A stretch of DNA of 38,684 nt. Origin: Candidatus Tharpella aukensis (GTDB taxonomy: Bacteria > Desulfobacterota > Anaeroferrophillalia > Anaeroferrophillales > Tharpellaceae). The stretch is from positions 1 through 38,684 of the forward strand of contig JAGGWR010000070.1 of NCBI GenBank assembly GCA_021163445.1, given 5' to 3'. The notes beneath the pieces were generated by a model. It was not told where the DNA came from and searched no databases. It saw only the letters and a program-made list of their open reading frames with translations. Made by a program: the position numbers and the translations under genes. Position 1 is the stretch's first letter. Every line of letters starts with the position of its first letter. Below, one piece after another: positions 15,798 through 24,943 of this stretch.

Positions 15798-18029
15798 ATG
15801 TCTCAGGAAACAATTGTCCAATTATTAAACGATCTGGCTGCTGATGTGGTTATGCTCGAGCCTGGAGACCTCTCTAGTCTGGGGCCGTTGCTTAAGACTG
15901 TTGAGGAATTAGAGAAACCTGATGTCAGCGCTGGATTTGAATTCCTGTTGCCTCGAGCTGAACAGTTTCGGGATGCCATTGTTACGATCATATTTGAAGA
16001 GTTTAAAGAACCGGAAAAATCGATCGAACTGCTTTCAACGTCAATTTCCAAGATGCAGGAGGCTCTGCGTAATGGTGCCGACAGTTGTGATAGTGTCGTT
16101 TCAGTGGCGGTTGAAAAGCCTGAAGAGTCAGTGGCGGCTGTTGATGTGGAACCGGAATCCGGTGATGCGGAACATTCATCGGATCTGGATGAAGAACTTT
16201 TTATTGGAGTCGATTTTAGTCAAGATCATGATCTTTATCAGGGTTTTATTGCTGAATCCAACGAACATCTCGATACGATAGAAGAGAATATTCTTAATCT
16301 GGAGCAGGATCCCGAGAACCTTGAGATCTTGAATTCTATTTTTCGCCCTTTTCACACAGTTAAAGGGGTCTCTGGATTTATGAATCTTTCACAGATGAAT
16401 GTTATTGCTCATCATCTGGAAAACCTGCTTGATGATGCCCGTAATCAGAAGTTTTATCTCGATGGTGATGCTACCGACTTGATTCTTGATGGGGTTGATT
16501 TCCTGAAAAAGATGCTTGGGCAACTTAACCTTGCTCTTGACGGGGGTGAACTTGAGAGGATGTCGGTTAAACCTTTCATTAAGCGTGTCGATGCTCTCCA
16601 TCAAGTGCTTTTGGGAGGTGACGCAGCTACTCCTGATGCTGAAAATGAGTCACCAGCACCAAAAATTGGCGAAATTCTGGTTGAAGAAGGGGTTATAAGT
16701 TCTGATGATCTTGAAGGAGCACTGGCTGAACAGCGGGTCGCTGCCGCTGCTGAACCGGAGAAAGCCCCGAAAAAGATCGGCAAAATTTTAGTTGACCAAA
16801 AAAAGACCAATGTTAAAACCGTAGCCCGGGCTATCCGCCAACAAAAACAGAGAAAAGATGTTGCCGGTGCCGGCAGTGGCGTTTCTTCAATCAAAGTGGA
16901 TATGGAGAAACTCGACAATCTGGTTGATATGGTGGGAGAGTTGGTTATTGTTCAAGCGATGATTCATCAGGATCCTGATATTGCCGGTTTAGTAACCCGG
17001 AAGGTGACCGAGAATATGGCTCAGTTGTCCCGGATTACGTCATCATTGCAAAAGGTTGCGATGTCGATGCGGATGGTGCCGATTAAGCAGACTTTTGGTA
17101 AAATGGTGCGTCTTGTACGTGATCTAGCCAAAAAAACCGAAAAAAAGATCGATCTAGTGATGTCTGGTGAGGAGACTGAAATTGATCGTAATATGGTTGA
17201 TTTGATCTATGATCCGATGGTGCATATGATCAGAAATTCGGCTGATCATGGTCTTGAAACCCCAGAGGATCGCCGCGCTTCGGGCAAGGATGAAACGGGA
17301 ACCATTACCCTTAAAGCCTATCATGGCGGAGGTAATGTGATTATTGAGATCGTTGATGACGGACGCGGTCTTAATCTCGAAAAGATCAGAGAGAAGGCGA
17401 TTGAGAAGGGGTTGCTCAGCGAAAATGATCAGCCAACCGATCAAGAGCTTTGCAATATGATTCTCGCGCCGGGGTTTTCGACAGCTGACAAAGTTACCGA
17501 TGTCTCGGGCCGCGGGGTCGGCATGGATGTCGTAAAAAAAGCGATTGAAAGACTGCGTGGAGTGATAGAGATTGATACAAACACGGGTCAAGGTTCGATC
17601 GTGACCATTAAGGTGCCGTTGACATTGGCGATTATTGACGGTATGGTGGTGATTGTTGGTCATGAGCGCTACATCGTTCCGACTCTCAATGTGGTTGAAT
17701 CATTGCGTCCCTTGAAAGAGCAGTACCATACGGTGCAGGGTCAGGGTGAGTTGATTAAAGTACGTGATCGCCTTTTGCCTCTGGTGCGTCTGCATCAGGT
17801 CTTCCATAGCGAAGCCCAGACGACCAATCCCTGGGAGGCTCTGGTGGTGGTAGTTGAGCACGAGGGAGAACAGTTTTGTCTGTTGGTTGACGAGCTGGTT
17901 GGTAAACAGGAGATTGTTATTAAAAGTCTCGGTGAACGACTCAAAGATCTGCCCGGAATTGCCGGAGGGGCAATTATGGGGGATGGCCGTGTTGGTTTGA
18001 TTTTGGATGTTGCCGGACTTTTTACTTAG
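15798..18029 (+). CDS. cheA: Chemotaxis histidine kinase CheA, with an atypical N-terminal extension and no obvious P2 domain
   Basis: HPt motif FRPFHTVKGVSGF (His186). Kinase motifs HMIRNSADHG, DDGRGL and GRGVGMD. C-terminal CheW-like domain. SD-like AAGAGG lies upstream of ATG 15798. Confidence 0.92.
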   Translation: MSQETIVQLLNDLAADVVMLEPGDLSSLGPLLKTVEELEKPDVSAGFEFLLPRAEQFRDAIVTIIFEEFKEPEKSIELLSTSISKMQEALRNGADSCDSVVSVAVEKPEESVAAVDVEPESGDAEHSSDLDEELFIGVDFSQDHDLYQGFIAESNEHLDTIEENILNLEQDPENLEILNSIFRPFHTVKGVSGFMNLSQMNVIAHHLENLLDDARNQKFYLDGDATDLILDGVDFLKKMLGQLNLALDGGELERMSVKPFIKRVDALHQVLLGGDAATPDAENESPAPKIGEILVEEGVISSDDLEGALAEQRVAAAAEPEKAPKKIGKILVDQKKTNVKTVARAIRQQKQRKDVAGAGSGVSSIKVDMEKLDNLVDMVGELVIVQAMIHQDPDIAGLVTRKVTENMAQLSRITSSLQKVAMSMRMVPIKQTFGKMVRLVRDLAKKTEKKIDLVMSGEETEIDRNMVDLIYDPMVHMIRNSADHGLETPEDRRASGKDETGTITLKAYHGGGNVIIEIVDDGRGLNLEKIREKAIEKGLLSENDQPTDQELCNMILAPGFSTADKVTDVSGRGVGMDVVKKAIERLRGVIEIDTNTGQGSIVTIKVPLTLAIIDGMVVIVGHERYIVPTLNVVESLRPLKEQYHTVQGQGELIKVRDRLLPLVRLHQVFHSEAQTTNPWEALVVVVEHEGEQFCLLVDELVGKQEIVIKSLGERLKDLPGIAGGAIMGDGRVGLILDVAGLFT

Positions 18030-18168
18030 CTGTTTCGTGACTTCTAAGTAACTACTTGCAACTAATTGATATTACATGAGTTTCACATTATACCTAAAAT
18101 AAGTATAGTATGCAGTGAAGTCCATTTGTTATTTACATAATATGTGGCCGTATAGCGGTCTGGAGTCG

Positions 18169-18189
18169 CTTTTTACGACGCCATCAAAC
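18169..18189 (+). repeat. Partial copy (3' terminus) of the 128-nt palindromic repeat family
   Basis: CTTTTTACGACGCCATCA (18169-18186) is identical to 21122-21139. The following AAAC and ATATCTTG also resemble the flank of the 34853-34980 copy read on the minus strand. Confidence 0.7.
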
Positions 18190-18233
18190 TTATATATCTT
18201 GGTTCCGGCTCTGTGCCGGGGTAGGTTTTTATT

Positions 18234-18749
18234 ATGGAAGAGCACGCCAGTATTGAGGAAGTTACAACTGCTTCCGGAAATGAGAATAAGTATCTGAGTT
18301 TTCATCTTGCCGATGAGTTATATGGACTAGATATTCTTAAGGTTAGAGAAATTATCGGAGTCCAGGAAGTAACTAAGGTTCCAGGGGCTGAAGAGTATCT
18401 GATCGGGGTGATTAACCTGCGTGGTAAAGTTATTCCGGTTGCTGATTTGCGTATGCGGTTTGTTTTGTCGAGGCGAGAATACGACGCTAGAACCTGTATT
18501 ATTGTTGTTGAAATTGCTAGTGAGGCCGGCCCTGTTGCAATGGGTATTGTTGTTGATGCCGTTGATGCGGTGGTCAATCTGCGCGATGACCAGATAGAAA
18601 AAGCTCCGGTTTTCTCTTCCGAGATCAGTCAGGACTGCATTAAGGGTTTGGGTAAATTTGAGGATAAGGTGGTTATTATCCTTGATATCGATCGAGTCTG
18701 TTCATCCGAGCGGGTGCCGGAAGAGTCGTCGGATGAGTTAAATGAGTAG
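18234..18749 (+). CDS. cheW: Chemotaxis coupling protein CheW
   Basis: A single CheW-like domain is present (YLSFHLADELYGLDILKVREI...VINLRGKVIPVADLR). Confidence 0.9.
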   Translation: MEEHASIEEVTTASGNENKYLSFHLADELYGLDILKVREIIGVQEVTKVPGAEEYLIGVINLRGKVIPVADLRMRFVLSRREYDARTCIIVVEIASEAGPVAMGIVVDAVDAVVNLRDDQIEKAPVFSSEISQDCIKGLGKFEDKVVIILDIDRVCSSERVPEESSDELNE

Positions 18750-18767
18750 GTTAAAAAGAGGGTTGTG

Positions 18768-19601
18768 ATGATTGGGATGGATAAGATTAGTGATAAGGAT
18801 TTTGTCCGGTTTTGCGACTTTATTTATCAGCGTTGCGGGATAACGCTAAATGATAATAAACGTGATCTAGTTCATTCACGCCTGGCTAAACGTTTACGTG
18901 CTCTTGGGCTCAGTAGCTATGAGGATTATTTTGATATTCTCTATAACGGCCGTGATAATGAACAAGAGATTGTTAATCTGCTTGATGCTATTTCAACTAA
19001 CGTCACCTATTTTTTTCGCGAAGACAAGCATTTTGATTTTCTCGTTAACACGGTTATTCCGGGAATTGAAAAAAATAATCCGGGGGGATCGGATAGAAAA
19101 ATCAGGATCTGGTCGGCGGGTTGTTCAACTGGGGAGGAACCTTACAGTCTGGCTATAACCTTTGCCGAAAATATGGCTCTTGAAAATTGGGATTTTCGGA
19201 TTCTGGCAACCGATATTTCGACCAATGTATTGAGCCATGCTCGCAAGGGAGTCTATGATGAGGAGCGTTTGCGTAATGTCTCCGATACTATGCTGAGAAA
19301 ATATTTTACCCGGAGTCGGGATGGCAGCCGTTTTCGGGTGCATGAAAAACTTGTCTCCAAAATCAAATTTGCTCGTTTGAACTTGATGCATGAATTTCCT
19401 TTCAAAAGTCGCTTCGATTGTATCTTTTGTCGAAATGTGATGATCTATTTTGATCGTTCAACCCAGGGTCAGTTGGTTAATAAATTTAGCTCCTTTCTTA
19501 ATCCTGGGGGTTATCTCATGATTGGTCATTCGGAAAGTTTGACTAATGTCGAGCACGATCTTGTCTATGTTCAACCTTCACTCTACAGGAAAAAAGGCTG
19601 A
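18768..19601 (+). CDS. cheR: Chemotaxis protein methyltransferase CheR
   Basis: The CheR N-terminal helical domain is followed by a SAM-binding fold (RIWSAGCSTGEEPYSLA, ATDIS, FCRNVMIYF). ATG at 18768 follows SD AGAGGG. Confidence 0.9.
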   Translation: MIGMDKISDKDFVRFCDFIYQRCGITLNDNKRDLVHSRLAKRLRALGLSSYEDYFDILYNGRDNEQEIVNLLDAISTNVTYFFREDKHFDFLVNTVIPGIEKNNPGGSDRKIRIWSAGCSTGEEPYSLAITFAENMALENWDFRILATDISTNVLSHARKGVYDEERLRNVSDTMLRKYFTRSRDGSRFRVHEKLVSKIKFARLNLMHEFPFKSRFDCIFCRNVMIYFDRSTQGQLVNKFSSFLNPGGYLMIGHSESLTNVEHDLVYVQPSLYRKKG

Positions 19602-20083
19602 TGTCTTTGGTTACGATCGGAATTGCTGATCTTAAGGTCAGTAATAATCCCGAGGATACTCTGGTTACCTACTCTCTTGGTTCATGTATCGGTCTTGCCG
19701 TCTATGACCCGGTGGCCAAGGTTGGCGGACTCTTGCATTATATGTTGCCGGATTCATCAATAAATCAGGAAAAGGCGGCAAAGAATCCGGCGATGTTTGC
19801 CAATAAGGGCATACCTTTGCTGTTTAAACAGTGCTACAAGCTTGGAGCTGACAAAAAACGGATGATTATTAAGGTTGCTGGCGGCAGTCAGATTATGGAT
19901 GCTGCTGGTACCTTCAATATCGGTAAACGTAATTACGCAATTTTGCGTAAAATGTTTTGGAAGAATAATGTTATGATCGACGGTGAAGATATTGGCGGCA
20001 ACTGTAACAGAACCATGTATATGCAACTTGACGATGGCAAGATAAACCTGAAAATTTCCAAAAAAGGGATGGTCGAGTTATGA
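19601..20083 (+). CDS. cheD: Chemoreceptor glutamine deamidase CheD
   Basis: LGSCIGLAVYDP motif. The ATG overlaps the cheR stop (TGATG). Confidence 0.88.
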   Translation: MSLVTIGIADLKVSNNPEDTLVTYSLGSCIGLAVYDPVAKVGGLLHYMLPDSSINQEKAAKNPAMFANKGIPLLFKQCYKLGADKKRMIIKVAGGSQIMDAAGTFNIGKRNYAILRKMFWKNNVMIDGEDIGGNCNRTMYMQLDDGKINLKISKKGMVEL

Positions 20084-20940
20084 ACTTGATGGAAGAGATC
20101 ATTGCCGCAGTCGATGAGATGCCGCCCTTTCCTCAGGTTGTGCATCGGGCCATGCAGGTGATAGCGATACCGGAATACGAAGTTTCGAATCTGGTGGAGA
20201 TCTTGAAGGTTGATCAGGCGGTTACTGCAAATATTCTTAAACTTTGCAACTCTGCCTACTTTGGCTTGCCGCGTAAGGTCTCTTCTTTGAAAGAGGCGGT
20301 TGTTTATCTTGGTTCTGACCAGTTGAAACAGCTTCTACTTTCGGGGGCGGCCAGTAAAATTTATGAAAAACCGAGTGAAGGGTATGCCGTTTTTGCAGAT
20401 GAGCTTTGGCGTCATGCTCTGGCTACAGCCGTGATGTCCCAAGTTTTGCGCCGTCATTTGCGACTCAAGATTGATGAAAATATGGTTTTTACCGCAGCCC
20501 TGCTGCACGATGTCGGCAAGGTTGTTTTAAGTTCTTTTGTCTCTGACAGATATATTGCTATAGAGAGCATGGTGGAGAGTGGTGACTACTCTTTTCAGGA
20601 AGCTGAAAAAGATGTCTTAGGTTTTGATCATGCTGAAATTGGTGGTAAAATAGCGGAATCATGGGATTTTCCTCCGTCAATTGTTGCGGCTATCACTTTT
20701 CACCATGAGCCTGCTCGTTCTCCGAAAGAGTTTCGCCTGTTGACCGAGTTGGTGGCTTTAGCCAACAATCTTGCGGTGATGGTTGGTTATGGTACCGGGG
20801 TTGATGGTTTGGCCTGCCGAGGGCATGGTTTGCTTTTGCAGAAGTTAAAGCTTGAGGAGAAGGATGTTGAGGAGTTGATTCTTCTTTTCCAGATGGAAAT
20901 GGAAAAAACGTGTGATATTGCCGGTGTAAGTGAACGTTGA
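20080..20940 (+). CDS. HDOD domain-containing signalling protein
   Basis: The N-terminal motif (MPPFPQVVHRAMQV) and LLHDVGKVVL and GFDHAEIGGKIAESWDFP are typical of HDOD. The ATG overlaps the cheD stop (ATGA). Confidence 0.85.
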   Translation: MNLMEEIIAAVDEMPPFPQVVHRAMQVIAIPEYEVSNLVEILKVDQAVTANILKLCNSAYFGLPRKVSSLKEAVVYLGSDQLKQLLLSGAASKIYEKPSEGYAVFADELWRHALATAVMSQVLRRHLRLKIDENMVFTAALLHDVGKVVLSSFVSDRYIAIESMVESGDYSFQEAEKDVLGFDHAEIGGKIAESWDFPPSIVAAITFHHEPARSPKEFRLLTELVALANNLAVMVGYGTGVDGLACRGHGLLLQKLKLEEKDVEELILLFQMEMEKTCDIAGVSER

Positions 20941-21010
20941 TGGTTGTTACCCTGTTGTGATCCCGGTTTTTTGCCGGTTTAGGAGTTTACGAACTCATGA
21001 AAAGTAATGG

Positions 21011-21138
21011 GATGGCTAAGTAAAAATTTCGATAGACAAGATGATGGGGTTTTCCAGGCGCGAGACCATACAAATAGTATGTCGAGTGTCTGGGAAACCA
21101 CATCATCGCAGGATATCGGAACTTTTTACGACGCCATC
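21011..21138 (+). repeat. 128-nt rod-like palindromic repeat element, copy A
   Basis: It is 119/128 identical to the reverse complement of 34853-34980. Self-complementary segments: GATGGC (21011-16) / GCCATC (21133-38); GTAAAAA (21020-26) / TTTTTAC (21123-29); TTTCGATA (21027-34) / TATCGGAA (21114-21); and a 19-position stem (21040-58 / 21089-107). The apical region is 30 nt. Confidence 0.9.
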
Positions 21139-21150
21139 AGGAGTAAATTT

Positions 21151-21579
21151 ATGGCATATAATATTTTAGTGGTTGATGATTCGCTGTCAATGCGGGCAAT
21201 TATCAAAAAGGTCATTGCCATGTCTGGTTTTGATGTCGGAGAGATAGCTGAAGCTGGAAATGGTTTGGAGGCTCTGGCTAAACTTGAAGATTTCTGGGCC
21301 GATGTGGTTTTGTCTGATATTCATATGCCGGAAATGGACGGAATTGAGTTATTAAAAAAAATTAAATCTGATCCGTTGATGGCCTCAATGCCGGTGGTTA
21401 TGATCACGACCGAATCCCGGGATGAGGTTGTCTCCGGTGCCCTGGCAATGGGTGCGGCCGGTTATATCAAGAAGCCTTTTCGGCCGGAAGATATTAAAGC
21501 TTTGCTGGTCGAGATTTTAGGAGGAGAAGATGATGCTGTTGGAGAAGATCAGTCAGAATCTGACGACTGTGATTTCTGA
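21151..21579 (+). CDS. cheY: CheY-like response regulator (single REC domain) with an acidic C-terminal tail
   Basis: MAYNILVVDDSLSMRAI..., DIHMPEMDG, KKPF. SD AGGAG at 21139-21143 lies 7 nt upstream of ATG 21151. The tail is GGEDDAVGEDQSESDDCDF. Confidence 0.9.
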   Translation: MAYNILVVDDSLSMRAIIKKVIAMSGFDVGEIAEAGNGLEALAKLEDFWADVVLSDIHMPEMDGIELLKKIKSDPLMASMPVVMITTESRDEVVSGALAMGAAGYIKKPFRPEDIKALLVEILGGEDDAVGEDQSESDDCDF

Positions 21580-21997
21580 AGTCCTGGAGACTATGTTTTT
21601 TGTTTTTCTGGAGCCCCAGTCGGGAACTTTACCATCAAGTAAAGATTTTATCGGAGCAAAGGTGGTCATCAAGGGTACTGATTCTGCTTATGAGATTGAT
21701 TTTTTAGCTCAATCAAGATTATTGCAACAGATTGCGGCCGATTTTCTGGGACTTGATCAGGAGACCGCAAACCTTGCTCAATGTCAGGATGTACTCAAAG
21801 AGATTGGCAATATGGTAGCCGGGAATCTGGTCAATATCTGCGATCCTGAAGCTTGTCTTGAGCTTGGTATCCCAACTGTTTCTGGAGAGGGCTTGGCAGC
21901 TGAAAGTCTGAACGATTGTGCTGAAACATTTATTTATGGTTCTGATGAAGGAGTTCTGCTGGTCGGGCTAAATGTTGCTGATACCAGTGGTAAGTGA
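21530..21997 (+). CDS. cheX: CheX-like chemotaxis phosphatase family protein
   Basis: The N-terminal helix (ISEVLETMFFVF) and overall size fit the CheX/CheC-like family. Strong SD AGGAGG at 21519-21524. It overlaps the cheY 3' end by 50 nt. Confidence 0.7.
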   Translation: MMLLEKISQNLTTVISEVLETMFFVFLEPQSGTLPSSKDFIGAKVVIKGTDSAYEIDFLAQSRLLQQIAADFLGLDQETANLAQCQDVLKEIGNMVAGNLVNICDPEACLELGIPTVSGEGLAAESLNDCAETFIYGSDEGVLLVGLNVADTSGK

Positions 21998-23026
<1,029 letters not shown>

Positions 23027-23054
23027 TAAATATGGCCAGGTAAAAAAATCGATT

Positions 23055-24263
23055 TTATAACTTTTTTATGGAAGATATATTAGTTATTGGGGCCTGTTTG
23101 AGGGCCCCTTTTTTTTCTTTTTTAATTTTATATAGATCTTCATCGGCGGCTTTTTTCAGGGCTTCGGCAGTGGTTGCAGTTGAGTCGGGATAGGTGGTGA
23201 GCCCGGCGCTCATTTTAATTGGAATCCAGGTGTTTTGGTCGACTTGAATTTTGCATTCAGAAGCTATTTTGAGAAGTTTTTCAATTACGTTCAGCCCCTG
23301 TTGATGGTTGGTGTTGGGTAAAATGATTGTAAACTCATCGCCTCCGTAGCGTAATCCAATATCGTGCTGGCGGAGATTGTTATTGATCAGGACACCGGTT
23401 TCCGCCAGTACCATATCACCTGCCGGATGACCATAGCGGTCATTGACGAGTTTAAAATCATCAAGATCGATCATTATCAGGCTTAAAGGGAGGTCGTAGC
23501 GTTTGGCTCTGGAAAACTCTTTGGGTAGAACTTCATCAAGGATGCGGCGGTTGTAGAGTCCGGTCAATGGATCTGTACGCAGGAGTCTTTGGAGTTGGGC
23601 AGTTAAGAGGTTGTTTTCGATGACGGTGGCCAATTTTCGGCCCAGGCTTTCAACTGCATCAGTAGCTGTTCCGGGGATAAATTTTTCAGGATCTGAACTT
23701 GCCAGATTAAGTGTGCCGATGGCCTGCCCACGACTGATAAGTGGGATAAAAGCGGATGATGCGATACTGTTGATAGTATTTTCCAAGGGGTTAAGCAGGG
23801 AGAGAAGAGCCGTATCAGGATTAATGCTTATCAGAGGGCGATCCTGTGGGAATAGCCGTTTATAGTCAGATTCGCTGATAAATGATATAGCAACCGTCTG
23901 GCAATCTTTCCAGTTGCTATCGGCAGACTCAATTATCTCTCTAAATTCAAGTTCGACGGGCTTATTTATTCTATCAATAAGAGAAATGTTGGCTAGAGGT
24001 ATGGTGAAATCAGAGGCAAGTTTGCTTTGTAACTCGTTGATTACGCAATCAAGATCGTCGGCCTTAAGAATGCTCTCTTCAAGATATTCAAAACATCGAT
24101 GCTGTTTTTCTCGTTCTTTAGCTAACTCTTCAAAATTTGAGAGGGTTCGATCAAGTTCATAATTACGGTCACGAAGCTCCTGGTTCTCTTTGAAAATTTT
24201 GTCAAAGATGGCTTGTTTGGCGTCGATTATCGTACTTTTAGGGGAGGTCTCGTCGCTACTCAT
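23055..24263 (-). CDS. Diguanylate cyclase (GGDEF) with an N-terminal coiled-coil/GAF-like sensor region
   Basis: Active-site RYGGDEFTI, with an RxxD I-site (RQHD) 5 residues upstream. The ATG overlaps the stop of the upstream EndoIII-like gene. Confidence 0.88.
   Translation of the reverse strand: MSSDETSPKSTIIDAKQAIFDKIFKENQELRDRNYELDRTLSNFEELAKEREKQHRCFEYLEESILKADDLDCVINELQSKLASDFTIPLANISLIDRINKPVELEFREIIESADSNWKDCQTVAISFISESDYKRLFPQDRPLISINPDTALLSLLNPLENTINSIASSAFIPLISRGQAIGTLNLASSDPEKFIPGTATDAVESLGRKLATVIENNLLTAQLQRLLRTDPLTGLYNRRILDEVLPKEFSRAKRYDLPLSLIMIDLDDFKLVNDRYGHPAGDMVLAETGVLINNNLRQHDIGLRYGGDEFTIILPNTNHQQGLNVIEKLLKIASECKIQVDQNTWIPIKMSAGLTTYPDSTATTAEALKKAADEDLYKIKKEKKGALKQAPITNISSIKKL
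23089..23116 (+). terminator. Rho-independent terminator of the che operon
   Basis: GGGGCC (23089-94), an 8-nt loop, then GGCCCC (23103-08), followed by T8 (23109-16) and more T. It lies 63 nt after the cheB stop. Confidence 0.7.
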
Positions 24264-24943
24264 GGCGATCCTTTATGGCTCTGAAATTGATTTTGGTCAG
24301 GCACCAAATAGTTAAGTAGAGGGCAATTTTTACAAACCGGATTCTGGGGTCGGCAAAAATTTTTGCCGATTTGAACCAGTAGGGCATGAAATTCATTGAA
24401 AATTGCAGGATCTGCCTGAAGTTGGTTCGTAAAATAACTTTGGGCTTTGTCATAGTTGGCTGTGGCTGGAAGCCACTGGTGTCGTTTGCCGATTCTTAAC
24501 GTGTAAGCATCGATAACAAAACTCGGTCGCTTGAAAGCATAGAGCAGGATGCTGTCGGCGGTTTCCGGGCCCACCCCTTTTAAGGCAAGAAACCATGTTC
24601 TTAAATCAGGCGTCGTTTTTTCTTTTAATTGATTGAGTCCGCCGGCCTCGATAATGGCATCGGCCAGCGCTTTAAGACGCTCACTTTTTTGGCGAAAGTA
24701 GCCGGAAGGTTTGATTAGTTTCTGAAGTGCCGATAACGGTGTGGTGGAGATTGCGGAAAATGAAAGCCGGTGATCAAGGCGCAGATTAATAAGTGCCTTT
24801 TCGACATTTTCCCAAGTTGTGTTCTGGGTCAAAAGAGCTCCGATTATCATCTCTTCCGGCCCCTTTGCCGGCCACCAGTTTTGGGGCCCGAAAGCGGCCA
24901 GAAGAGATTTATAAACCTCTGTCAGATCACAATTTTCAGTCAT
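24260..24943 (-). CDS. Endonuclease III-like (HhH-GPD superfamily) DNA glycosylase family protein
   Basis: HhH motif [18 protein letters not shown]-terminal Cys cluster ([13 protein letters not shown]). Confidence 0.75.
   Translation of the reverse strand: MTENCDLTEVYKSLLAAFGPQNWWPAKGPEEMIIGALLTQNTTWENVEKALINLRLDHRLSFSAISTTPLSALQKLIKPSGYFRQKSERLKALADAIIEAGGLNQLKEKTTPDLRTWFLALKGVGPETADSILLYAFKRPSFVIDAYTLRIGKRHQWLPATANYDKAQSYFTNQLQADPAIFNEFHALLVQIGKNFCRPQNPVCKNCPLLNYLVPDQNQFQSHKGSP

Noticed and set aside
15643-15828. A 61-aa ORF in the def/cheA divergent spacer, overlapping the cheA start.
   Set aside because: It has no SD and an AT-rich, low-information translation. It occupies the promoter region and overlaps the well-supported cheA start.
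21007-21150. N-terminal extension of CheY from ATG 21007 (ORF-track version, 190 aa), which reads through the 128-nt repeat.
   Set aside because: The REC domain begins at MAYNILVVDD, with a good SD (AGGAG) 7 nt upstream of ATG 21151. The same frame in copy B lacks the ATG (it has ACG). The differences between the copies are radical at the protein level (DDG vs VVV, ETTSS vs KNTTT) but conservative for base pairing.
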